From Eledone cirrhosa (lineage: Eukaryota), in NCBI GenBank assembly GCA_964016885.1, contig OZ024752.1:17918001-17982000 (forward strand): a stretch of DNA of 64,000 nt, written 5' to 3'. A program made the translations under genes and the position numbers. The notes under the pieces are model-generated. The model saw only the letters and a list, made by a program, of their open reading frames with translations. It had not been told where the DNA came from and made no database searches. Shown piece by piece: positions 15,001 to 26,918 of this stretch. Position 1 is the stretch's first letter. Every line of letters starts with the position of its first letter.

Positions 15001-17312
15001 TTCATATATGGTCTACAACTCTACCATTCTAACTCCTTCTTATATGGTGTGCAACTCCATCATTCTAATTCCTTCTTATATGGTCTACAACTCCACCATT
15101 CTAACTCCTTCATATATGGTCTACAACTCCACCATTCTAACTCCTTCTTATATGGTCTACAACTCCACCATTCTAACTCTTCTTATATGGTGTACAACTC
15201 CACCATTCTAACTCCTTCTTATATGGTCTACAACTCCACCATTCTAACTCATTCTTATATGGTCTACAACTCCACCATTCTAACTCCTTCTTATATGGTC
15301 TACAACTCCACCATTCTAACTCCTTCTTATATGGTCTACAACTCCACCATTCTAACTCCTTCTTATATAGTGTACAACTCCACCATTTTAACTCCTTCTT
15401 ATATGGTGTACAACTCCACCATTCTAACTCCTTCTTATATGGTCTACAACTCCACAATTCTAACTCCTTCTTATATGGTCTACAACTCCACCATTCTAAT
15501 TCCTTCTTATATGGTCTACAACTCCACCATTCTAATTCCTTCTTATATGGTGTACAACTCCACCATTGAAACTCCTTCATATATGGTCTACAACTCCACC
15601 ATTCTAACTCCTTCTTATATGGTGTACAACTCCACCATTCTAATTGCTTCTTATATGGTCTACAACTCCACCATTCTAACTCTTTCTTATATGGTCTACA
15701 ACTCCACCATTCTAACTCCTTCTTATATGGTCTACATCTCCACCATTCTAACTCCTTCGTATATGGTCTACAACTCCACCATTCTAACTCCTTATATGGT
15801 CTACAACTCCACCATTCTAACTCCGTCTTATATGGTGTACAACTCCACCATTCTAATTCCTTCTTATATGGTCTACAAATCCACCATTCTAACTCCTTCA
15901 TATATGGTCTACAACTCCACCATTCTAACTCCTTCTTATATGGTCTACAACTCCACCATTCTAACTCTTTCTTATATGGTGTACAACTCCACCATTCTAA
16001 CTCTTTCTTATATGGTCTACAACTCCACCATTCTAACTCATTCTCATATGGTCTACAACTCCACCATTCTAACTCCTTCTTATATGGTCTACAACTCCAC
16101 CATTCTAACTCCTTCTTATATGGTGTACAACTCCATCATTCTAACTCCTTCTTATATGGTCTACAACTCCACCATTCTAACTCCTTCTTATATGGTCTAC
16201 AACTCCACCATTCTAACTCCTTCTTATATGGTCTACAACTCCACCATTCTAATTCCTTCTTATATGGTCTACAACTCCACCATTCTAACTCCTTCTTATA
16301 TGGTGTACAACTCCACCATTCTAACTCCTTCTTATATGGTCTACAACTCCACCATTCTAACTCCTTCTTATATGGTCTACAACTCCACCATTCTAACTCC
16401 TTCTTATATGGTCTACAACTCCACCATTCTAACTCCTTCTTATATGGTCTACAACTCCACCATTCTAACTCCTTCTTATATGGTCTATAACTCAACCATT
16501 CTAATTCCTTCTTATATGGTCTACAACTCCACTATTCTAACTCCTTCTTATATGGTCTACAACTCCACCATTCTAATTCCTTCTTATATGGTCTACAACT
16601 CCACCATTCTAACTCCTTCATATATGGTCTACAACTCTACCATTCTAACTCCTTCTTATATGGTGTGCAACTCCATCATTCTAATTCCTTCTTATATGGT
16701 CTACCACTCCACCATTCTAACTCCTTCTTATATGGTCTACAACTCCACCATTCTAATTCCTTCATATATGGTGTACAACTCCACCATTCTAATTCCTTCT
16801 TATATGGTCTACAACTCCACCATTCTAATTCCTTCTTATATGGTCTACAACTCCACCATTCTAACTCCTTCTTATATGGTCTACAACTCCACCATTCTAA
16901 CTCCTTCTTATATGGTGTACAACTCCACCATTCTAACTCCTTCTTATATGGTCTACAACTCCACCATTCTAACTCCTTCTTATATGGTCTACAACTCCAC
17001 CATTCTAATTCCTTCATATATGTTGTACAACTCCACCATTCTAACTCCTTCTTATATGGTCTACAACTCCACCATTCTAATTCCTTCTTATATGGTCTAC
17101 AACTCCACCATTCTAACTCCTTCTTATATGGTCTACAACTCCACCATTCTAATTCCTTCATATATGGTGTACAACTCCACCATTCTAACTCCTTCTTATA
17201 TGGTCTACAACTCCACCATTCTAATTCCTTCTTATATGGTCTACAACTCCACCATTCTAACTCCTTCTTATATGGTCTACAACTCCACCATTCTAACTCC
17301 TTCTCATATGGT
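1..17312. repeat. 36-bp satellite array (consensus TCTAACTCCTTCTTATATGGTCTACAACTCCACCAT), running off the left edge
   Basis: Continuous head-to-tail monomers with point variants and occasional 33- and 35-bp monomers. The long periodic ORFs are a by-product of the unit length being a multiple of 3. Confidence 0.98.
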
Positions 17313-17392
17313 GGATTGGCAGAAGCGGTAGAGCGTCTGACAGAATTCTTTGTGGTATTTAGTTACGACCCTTATGTTCTGAGTCCAATCCT
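17310..17392 (+). mobile_element. tRNA-derived SINE head (partial)
   Basis: GGTGGATTGGCAGAAGCGGTAGAGCG...CTGAGTCCAATCC resembles the A/B-box head of the SINE copies at 23029-23222 and 61345-61525. Confidence 0.55.
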
Positions 17393-17689
17393 CCGTTGTA
17401 TCATCTTGTGCAGTACTGTACTTTCTTCAATGTTTTGTTTTTGTAGACCCTTTGTGGTTAACAAGGGCGTCGAGTGGTTCAGGATTAGTTGGGTGCCTGC
17501 ATCAACCCTGTGTGGTTATCCCTACTGTTGAGGAATTTTCCTTGTTGCATTTTTGTTATTTTGTTATTGTTATATATATTGTTTACACATTGTAAATATA
17601 AACCCCACTGTCCTTGTCTTTTGTATTGTCCCCTAAATGTCGGTCCTTGTGGCCAATAAATGAAATCATTATTATTGTTATTATTATTG

Positions 17690-17905
17690 TTGATTGACAT
17701 TATCAGTAGAGCAGCAGAAATACTTTGCAGCATAGAGTTACGTCCCTTTATTTTTTGAGTTCAGGTCCCGCTGAGGATGGCTTTGCCTTTTTCATACTTA
17801 CAGGTTCGATAAAATAAAGTACCAGTAACACACTGGGGTAGATTTAATTGACTTTCCCCTCCCCCCAAATTGCTGGCCTTGTGCCTATATAACAAACCAT
17901 TATTA
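17690..17905 (+). mobile_element. tRNA-derived SINE, diverged
   Basis: Carries the shared core GAGTTCA...CTTTGCCTT...CGATAAAATAAAGTACCAGTAA seen in the other copies. Confidence 0.7.
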
Positions 17906-18229
17906 TATTTCTCTAGTCAGTTATTTTTCTTCTTTTTATTTGTTTTGTTGTAATTCCTTTGTTTTGTTGTTGTAATTCTTTCATTTTATTTATTTGTAGT
18001 CATCAATGTCATTGTCATAATCATTGCTGCTACTGCTGCTACTGCTACTGCTGCTACTGCTGCTGCTGCTGTTGTTGCTGTTGTTGTTGTTGTTGTTGTT
18101 GTGTATTTTTGGTCTCTTCATAGATTTAAGATTTTTAGTTGCTCAAACAATAATTCCTCTCCACTTTAAAACAAGATAATGCAAAAAATCTTTTTATTAA
18201 TATAAATACATCCACACACACACACACAG

Positions 18230-18550
18230 TCAATATAGCGGTTGTTGGTCCAAGATAGACTACTTTCCTTATCTATATTACTCTCACTCTGGAGCTTCCT
18301 GGCAACACATCCATGCATGACTTTTTGCTGATAGGCATGCAGTTTTTCATCCATGGATTCACTGCGATACTGCTGAGCGACATCCCTGGGTGTGAGTTTT
18401 TGATTATAACACAGGGAATATCTCTCAAGGAGTTCCTTCCCAACTTTCATGATCTTATCTGTTTCATGCAGATAGACTTGCTCGAGAAGCGGGCTCCTAC
18501 GCTTTGAGGTTCGTAGATGTTGTCGGAGAGATATGATGCGACATTCAAAC
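18230..18550 (-). mobile_element. Fragment of a non-LTR retrotransposon ORF, possibly R4/Dong-like
   Basis: Translation EKLHAYQQKVMHG...NIDKESSLSW resembles the post-RT K-x-(L/M)-HG...D...S..W segment of restriction-like-endonuclease LINEs. Flanked by microsatellites. Confidence 0.45.
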
Positions 18551-18630
18551 GTTGTATGTATGTATGTATGTATGTATGTATGTATGTATGTATGTATGTA
18601 TGTATGTATGTATGTATGTATGTATGTATG

Positions 18631-21600
18631 TACCGCTCTTGTTGCAAAGGAGCTTCGACGTTACGATCTTGACATCGTGGCTTTATCTGAGACGAGGCTA
18701 GCTGGAGATGGTCATCTTACGGAATTTTGTGGAGAATATACATTCTTCTGGAAAGGAAGAGATGAAGGAACCAGAAGAGAGGCTGGGTAGGATTTGCTGT
18801 TAAGACTGTGCTTGTGAACAAATTAGGAGAATTCCCAGTAGGGATTAGTGAGCGTCTTATGTCCATGAGAGTTCCGCTGGACAAGGGAAGATATGCTACC
18901 CTGGTGAGTGTGTATGCTCCAACTATGAGTTCTGTCGATGAGGAAAAGCTGTCCTTTTACCATGCCTTGAAAGGTGTTTTAAGAAATATCCCTCAGGCAG
19001 ACAAAGTCATCGTGCTTGGTGACTTTAATGCTAGAGTGGGTAGGGATTTTAACACATGGAATGTAATCGGAAGGCATGGGGTGGGAAAATGTAACAGCAA
19101 TGGTATGCTCCTGCTGCAGATGTGTGAGGAGCTGGATCTGTGTGTTACCAACACCATGTTCCAACAAAAGAACAAATTCAAGACCACATGGATGCATCCT
19201 GCATCTAAGGAATGGCATCTTTTGGACTACGTCCTAGTCAGGATGCGTGACAGACAGGATGTGCAGTGTGTTCGTGTTCTTCGTGGAGCTGAGTGCTGGA
19301 CAGACCACCGCCTGGTACGCGCAAAAGTGAAACTAATCACTAAACGTAAAATCCGGGCTCCTGGTGTTGCCCTGCCCAAAAGATTGAATGCTGCTCGTCT
19401 TAAGGATAAAAATGTGAAGAGGACATTGGAAGAAGAGATGCAGGCTGCAGATCTTGGTGAGGATTGGCCGACGCTTAAAAAGTCGGTTTATGATGTAGGC
19501 AGGCGTGTTCTGGGATTGGCACAGAGGAAACATCAGGACTGGTTTGATGAGAATGATGTACATATAGAAGACTTGTTGGCTGATAAGAGGCGTGCTCTGT
19601 CACGTTACTTGACGGCAAAACCACAGGAGAGGAATACGTTGCATGAGGAACTCAGGGATGTAAAATCACGTGTTAGGCGGAGTCTTTCTCAGATGAAGGA
19701 TCAGTGGTGGAGTGAGAAGGCTGGTGAGATACAAACTGCGTCTGATTCCAATAACACAAAGCTGTTGTACAGTCTCTTGCGTGAGGTTTATGGACCGTCT
19801 TCTTCTCTGGTGACACCGCTTCGCAGCAAGGATGGCAAAGAACTTCTTCGTGACTCACAAGGAATTCTACGAAGGTAGCGAGAGCACTTTGATGATCTTT
19901 TGAATCAGCCGTCTGTCGTCAGTGAAGATTTCCTCAATCTCATTCCAGAAAGTCCTGTGAAAGTAGCTGTCGCAGAACCTCCGACGCTTGTGGAGGTTGC
20001 AGTGGCTATTTCGAAGCTGAACAGTGGAAGATCTCCAGGTATGGATGGCATACATGCTGAGCTCGTACAATATGGTGGTGAGAAACTCCTGCAACATCTT
20101 CACTCTTTGTTTGGCAGGATATGGGCTAATGAATCCGTACCTGAGGACTGGAGAGATGCAGTAATGGTGGTCTTGTACAAGGGAAAGGGTAACAGGAACG
20201 ATTGTGGGAACTACAGAGGTATATCATTGCTTTCTGTCGTAGGGAAAGTTTTATGTAGGGTGCTTCTGGACCGTCTGCTGACACACATTGCAGATTGTGT
20301 TCTTCCTGAAAGTCAATCTGGTTTTCGTGCTACGCGGCACTACTGATATGATCTTCTCAGCTAGACAGCTCCAGGAGAAGTGCATGGAACAAGGCTTGGA
20401 TCCGTATCAGGTTTTTGTCTATCTGACAAAAGCTTTCGATACTGTTAACAGAGATGCATTATGGAAGGTTCTCCAGAAACTTGGTTGCCCTGATAAGTTC
20501 CTTGCTTTAGTTAGGTCTTTCCATGACGACATGAAGGTTTGGGTTAATGTCGGAGGTAACATGTCGGAGCCTATCTCAGTAAAAAAGGGAGTGAAACAGG
20601 GGGATATTCCAGCACCGACTCTGTTTGCCATATACTTTGCAATGGTTTTCTGTATTGCATTCAGGAATTGCGAGCATGGTGTTTACATCCGATATCGAAC
20701 CTCAGGCAGCATATTTAACATCAGGCGCTTTGCTGCGAAGACAAAAGTATTTACATCAATCATAAGAGACCTCTTATATGCAGATGATTGCGATCTTGTA
20801 GCGCACACAGAGAGTGATATACAGCACATTTTGAATGCATTTTCTGACGCTTGCACTGCCCTAGGTCTGACTGTCAGTCTCAAGAAAACCGTCGTCATGT
20901 ACCAACCTGCCCCTGGTAAGCAGTACACTGAACCAAACATCTTTGTGTATGGCAAACGACTTGGAGTGGTTGATCAGTTTGTCTACCTGGGAAGCACTGT
21001 CAATCGATACAGCAACCTTGACAGTGAAATCTCACTTAGGATTAGGAAAGCAAGTGATGCTTTCGGAAAGCTAGAAAGGCGACTCTGGGGTCGGCGAGAC
21101 ATATGCAGGAGGACAAAGGTAAAGGTGTACAGGGCATGTGTGCTCTCTTGTCTTCTTTATGCCTGCGAGACCTGGGTCACATATCGACACCACCTTAAGC
21201 AATTGGAGCGTTTCCATCAGATGTGTCTCAGACGGATCCATGGCGTTCACTGGAGGGACCACATAAGTGATGTCGAGATTTTGGAAAGCTCTATGTGTGA
21301 CAGTATAGAAGCTCTTGTGCTTAAGCAACGACTCCGTTGGAGTGGTCACCTTGCCAGGATGAAGGATTCTAGAATACCAACACAACTCTTTTATGGAGAG
21401 TTGGTTAAAGAAAAATGACCGCCACATAAACCAAAAAAGAGGTATACGGATTCCTTGAAAGCCTCTCTGAAAGACGCTAACATCTCTGCTGATACATGGG
21501 AGAATATTGCTGCTGATCGTAATAAATGGAGAAAGGCTGTATATGAGGGAAAAGTTGCCTTTGAGGCATCTCGAATCGCATACGAGAAAGTAAAGCGGGA

Positions 21601-21958
21601 TGTGAGGAAGGGCATTGCTATTGCACTTCCAGACGGCGCGGGTCCTCCTATGGTGCTGACATGCAGCGTATGTGCGAGACTCTGCCTAAGCAAAGCTGGA
21701 CTCGAAAGACATCTTCGCAGTCATAAAGTAAGACCAGTGGTTGACTACCAGGCTGCTGTTGGAGATGCTACTCATCATGCTTGCTAAACATGTGGTAGAG
21801 AATGTAAATCAGCAGGAGGGCTCAAGCGATATGCAAAAGTACACCAACTCCAACCACAGCCGAGTATTCCCAGAGAATGTTTTGGTTGCCGACTCTGTGC
21901 AAGACATTTTAGATCATTGGCTGGGCTAAAAAGCCACATTCGATCGCAGCGCTGTTAG
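18631..21958 (+). mobile_element. RTE-clade LINE, nearly complete ORF, pseudogenised (APE endonuclease, RT, C-terminal C2H2 fingers)
   Basis: Endonuclease motifs DIVALSETR, VLGDFNARVG, WHLLDYVLV, TDHRLV. RT motifs SPGMDGI, YRGISLL, KAFDTV, GVKQG, LLYADD. Stops near 18790 and 19878, frameshift near 20340. Starts directly after a (TATG)n tract. Confidence 0.93.
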
Positions 21959-22295
21959 TTGCTATCGTGTGTGTGTTTGTGTGTAGATATGCTTATGTGT
22001 GTGCGTGTGTGTGTATATATATATGTATATGTATATTATTATTGTTGTTGTCGTTATTATTATTGTTGTTATTACTATTATTATTATTATTGTTATTAAT
22101 GTATGTGTGTATATGTGTGTGTGAGTGTGTATATGTGTATGTATATGTATATATATATATATATTTCTTTTTTTTTTTATTTATTTTTATTTATTTATTA
22201 TTATTATTATTTTTTTTTTTTCTTTCTCCTCGTGCAATGGCCATACTCGATAATGAGGAGGCAGCCATCATCATGTATGTATGTATGCATGTATG

Positions 22296-22329
<34 letters not shown>

Positions 22330-23028
22330 TGTATGTATGTATGTATGTATGTATGTTCTTCTGGTTTTATAATTTCACAAAGTTTTACCAATGTATGTAT
22401 GTATGTATGTATGTATGTATGTATGTCAAAGGTTATCTCTCCCGGTGATTTTGGATGGCCATTGACTCTTAAGAGCTCCTTTGCCTTTGTCAAGGCAGAA
22501 TTCTAGGAGAAGGAAAACTCTGATATAACACCTGCAACCCTGATGGTATCCAATGATGTTGACTTGTTCTTCTTTTTGGTAAATATCATCTTGGTTAAGA
22601 GAGTGGGACTGGCTTTGTGCAGTGCCTTTGCTCACTATAAAAGCTTCATGGCACAGGCATTGCTTTATATCTGGAGATCTCTCAGCACTTGTCGTCACAT
22701 GGTACCATGGGCCCAGCACTATGTGTCAATAATTGTCACAAGTGTAGTGTTTGTACCAGAGTTTTCAAGTCGCTGGCTGGACTAAAAAGTCACACTCGTT
22801 CAGCGCATCGGTAGGGGTTCTCCTACATGGTTATAATGAAGTGGCCGTACTCGAAAACGAGTTGGCAGCCACCATGTATGTATGTATGTATGTATGTATG
22901 TATGTATGTATGTATGTATGTATGTATGTATGTATGTATGTATCAGTGGGTGTATACGTATATATGTGTACATATTTATATAGTGTGTTGTGTACACACA
23001 CACATAGACACACACATATATATATATA

Positions 23029-23222
23029 ATTGTTTCTACTTTTTGGCACAAGGCCAACAATTACTCAGTACATTACTGGTACTTTATTTTATCGACCCCG
23101 TAAGGATGAAAGGCAAAGTTAACCTCGGCGGGATTTGAACTAAGAATGGCAAGGGCCGTAACTCTATGCGTCAAAGCATGGCGTCCGATTCTTTACCGAT
23201 ACTGCCAATTCACCGCCCTGAC
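23029..23222 (-). mobile_element. tRNA-derived SINE
   Basis: Reverse-complement copy of the shared core (ACTGGTACTTTATTTTATCGACCCCGTAAGGATGAAAGGCAAAGTTAACCTCGGCGGGATTTGAAC). Confidence 0.85.
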
Positions 23223-23459
23223 ATATATATATATATATAATGAACATTATTGTGTACAGTGCTCAGGTGTACTACAACTCATCAAAGGTGCATGTATAGT
23301 ACATAGAGTAATGTAGAAATGTCTGGAAGTGAAGCATAAAAACATTGAAGCATATCTAAAGATGATTAGCAGAGATACCCGGCGTTGCCCGGTATAACTC
23401 TCAATGGAGTAGTTGTTCAAATGAACCGAAAGACTTCCGTTAAACTCGACTATAGAAGT

Positions 23460-23832
23460 ATTTATAGGTGTTGGCCCTAAAGAGGGCCTTTGAACGCTCA
23501 CTTTGAAATATCTCTGCGGCAGTGCTGCCAGCAAAGACGAATCCGATGGAAACAATTTAAAGTTGGTGGCCCTAAAGAGAGCCTGGGATCGTTCACTCTT
23601 AAAAGTCTCAGCGGCGGTGCTGCCAGCAAAGACGAATCCAGCGATAACAATTTATAGCTGGTGATCCTGAAGAGGAACTTTTAACGTTCACTTTGAAACA
23701 TCTCATCGGCGGTGCTGCTAGCAAAGATGAATCCGATGGTAGCAATTTAAACTTGGTGGCCCTGAGAAGGGCCTTGGATCGTTCACTCTTAAAAGTCCCA
23801 GCGGCAGAGCTGTCAGCAAAGACGACTCCGAT
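23460..23832. repeat. About 95-bp tandem repeat, four copies, in the Helitron 3' subterminal region
   Basis: GCAAAGA(C/T)GA(A/C)TCC recurs at about 23530, 23626, 23721 and 23816. Confidence 0.85.
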
Positions 23833-24609
23833 TATTGTGGTATTGTCAAAGGGACAAAATAGCACATGGATACAGCAGATGTAGGCACTTATACAAAAAA
23901 ACAAAAAAACAGCGATTACTTGTTGGCGGATGGGGTGCCTACAAAACTTCCTGATAGACTATATTTTGGGTTTTCTCGCGAGTTGTAAAAGCAAATAGGT
24001 TATGTCGGCTCCCCACTCGAGAGCAGCCAATATATAGTTGACCATGGGAGAAGCACGGTTCTTATAAATTAAGCCCTACGACCGTCAGCGTCTGACCCTG
24101 TGATTTGTTAATCGAAACTGAGCCGGAGAGGGAATTGCAGCCTTCTGAATGTGAAAGGAATGTCTTTACTGGATGGAATGAGAGGTATCCTTGGTATGAA
24201 GACAGTATCCCCCTTACCACATCCTGTAAGTATTGTTGCCTCAATAACATGAGGCATCGCCTTTCGGACGACCAGACGCGTGCCGTTAGAAAGCCTTCGG
24301 GGTTCCAAATTCCTGAGCAGCATGACAGGGGCACCTTTCTTAAGTCACAGTAAGTGTGGTGGCAATCCGGGAGGGTCTAGGGAGTTAAGAAATTCTGTGG
24401 GTTAATTAACAACTTCGGATCAGCCATAGAGTCAAGGAACTTATAGACGTGCAGGTTTCCAGGCAAGCACAGCGTCGTCGTCGGAGGGGTCGTAGTTAAA
24501 GGCGTTCAACAACCATCGTGAATTGCAAGTCCTAGAAATACCACGTAACGATGATCGCCGCTGTTCACTTTGCAGAAGTCGGCCACGTCGTTGCTCTATG
24601 GTTTCAGTA

Positions 24610-25330
24610 TTTCGTGCAGCAGCAGTGGCAGCGGCGTCCCTGCTTCGTCGAACGGTGCGTCGTCCTTCATCCTCTCGAGCGCGAGCACCGGCTGTTGCAG
24701 TGGCGTCCCTGCTTCGTCGAACGGCGCGTCGTCCTTTATTCTCTCGAGCGCGAGCACCGGCTGTTGCAGTGGCGTCCCTGCTTCGTCGAACGGCGCGTCG
24801 TCCTTTATCCTCTCGAGCGCGAGCACCGGCTGTTGCAGTGGCGTCCCTGCTTCGTCGAACGGCGCGTCGTCCTTTATTCTCTCGAGCGCGAGCACCGGCT
24901 GTTGCAGTGGCGTCCCTGCTTCGTCGAACGGCGCGTCGTCCTTTATCCTCTCGAGCGCGAGCACCGGCTGTTGCAGTGGCGTCCCTGCTTCGTCGAACGG
25001 CGCGTCGTCCTTTATCCTCTCGAGCGCGAGCACCGGCTGTTGCAGTGGCGTCCCTGCTACGTCGAACGGTGCGTCGTCCTTCATCCTCTCGAGCGCGAGC
25101 ACCGGCTGTTGCAGTGGCGTCCCTGCTTCGTCGAACGGCGCGTCGTCCTTTATTCTCTCGAGCGCGAGCAGCGGATGTTGCAGTGGCGTCCCTGCCTCGT
25201 AGAACGGCGCGTCGTCCTTTATCCTCTAGCGTGCGAGCAGCGGCTGTTGCAGTGGCGTCCCTATTTCGTCGAACGGCACGCCGTCCTTTATCTACTCGAG
25301 CGCGAGCAGCAGCAGTCGCGGCAGCATCTT
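24610..25330 (-). repeat. 60-bp GC-rich coding minisatellite, about 12 copies, in the Helitron ORF N-terminus
   Basis: Encodes RRAVRRSRDATATAGARARE(D/N)(K/E)G-type 20-aa repeats ending in ETIEQRRGRL (STPR-like). Confidence 0.85.
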
Positions 25331-26918
25331 TGTTCCCTCGAAGTTCACGCCGACTGTCATCCCCCTCCGCTCTTGCAGCTGCCGTCTGCACACCATTCTG
25401 TGAAAGCCTGATCGCAGTCGCATTTACATCTTCGGTGAGACGCCTTCGCTTAGACCTACTTGCATCATTAGATAATCGACCAATGAAAGTTCTTTTCTTG
25501 GGAGGGCATTGTTTTTAGAAAATTAACCAGGGAGAACGATAAATAGTGGACAAATAACGTTTAAGTAAGCAAATCTAAACACGGATATAAATTGTGAAAA
25601 CGTGATAAATCTATGTGGTTTGAGAAAGTGGGTATGCTTTGCAAGATTTTGTGTACCAGTCAAATTTCAGGTTTTAAGTTAGGGACAACGCAGCGTACGG
25701 ACTACCTGTGATAAAGGAAATTAAATAGTGTGGTTACAGTGGTAGGTATATAAGTGTCAGTATGTTTGTTCAGTTCGAACAGAGCAATAAGTAAGTACTA
25801 ACCATTGAAAGGATACAGGAAAAAATGACCGAGAAATCATTGCATGATAAACTTATGACACATTAACTAAGCCTCCTTTAAGGTGACAAATGTTGAAGAA
25901 GCATGCGTTTCAGAAACATGGGGTAGCTTATGAGAGTACGCATGTAAAAAACATACCACTTGTCAAAAGCCAAAAAAAGAAGTGTCATCCTAGGTCGGAC
26001 TTGACCGATATAAATAGGAATGATTTCGCTCAATGAACAACACTAGAGTTGTCTGATTGGTTAGGTAATATACAAATGTGTGATGAAATCTTCTGAACAC
26101 AACTCACTGATGTGTGGTTGGCCAGAGGTCGCCATTTCTCACTTAATTGAGGTGCAATTAAACGGGGAGACAACCGGGTGCAAAAACTAATCAATCATTC
26201 GCACAGTTTAGGCATGAGTGTTAAATAGCACAATCCACATACAGTAGGCGTTAAAATTTACACCTGGGTTAAATCGCGCTTTCTTGGTTAGGAGTGTGAA
26301 ATGACGCCAAAGTTTAAGGAAAAAGTTTAACTCCTCATTCCGCACTTAAGTGTGGTGCAATTACACGGGGGAGACAACCGGGTGCAAAATTAAATTCAAT
26401 CATCCTAAAGTTAACTAAACAAACTAAAGTTAAGTAAGGGGGGTTTAAAAATTCGCTACTCCATTTGTATGACATGAGTAACCAAATGCGTCAACTTTCG
26501 TTTAAATTGACTTTTATTTCCAGAAGTTGAAATGCGTTGCTGCAACCATAATATGAATTTAAAAGTGGTCCAAATGGGCTCACTGCCCTCCCTTGGGGGT
26601 TCCCTTGCAAAATTCAAGTGATAACGAATGTGTGGTACTTTATCTTATGGCAGGCAATAACCATTTCGTTTAGTTTTTGTAAGAATCAAGTATAAACTCC
26701 CGAGGTTATGGTGCTTTTTTATTGTGGCAGTTTGAACTTTTATAGAATTGGGCTCATTGTCCCCGAGGGGGTCTTCTTGCTGAATTAAAATGAAAGTAAA
26801 TGTGCCTCACTGTATCTTCATCTGTAGTACATGAATAACAACTAAGTCGAAATTCGTTTTATTGGACTACCAATTATCGAAGCTATGACGCTTTGATGCA
26901 TTACAATAGCCAAAAAGA

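Larger units (their letters stand above)
23366..26918 (-). mobile_element. Helitron, internally deleted and non-autonomous
   Basis: Pif1-helicase C-terminal motifs at about 24010-24420 (MLLRNL..NGTRL, FIPRIPL, RRLQFPLRLSF, INKSQGQTL). 3' hairpin ACCGGGCAACGCCGGGT followed by CTAA (CTRR) ending at 23366. Candidate A|TC 5' end at 26918. No Rep domain visible. Confidence 0.85.

Noticed and set aside
1-17312. CRISPR array (36-bp repeats)
   Set aside because: Monomers are contiguous with no unique spacers, there are no cas genes, and the context is eukaryotic.
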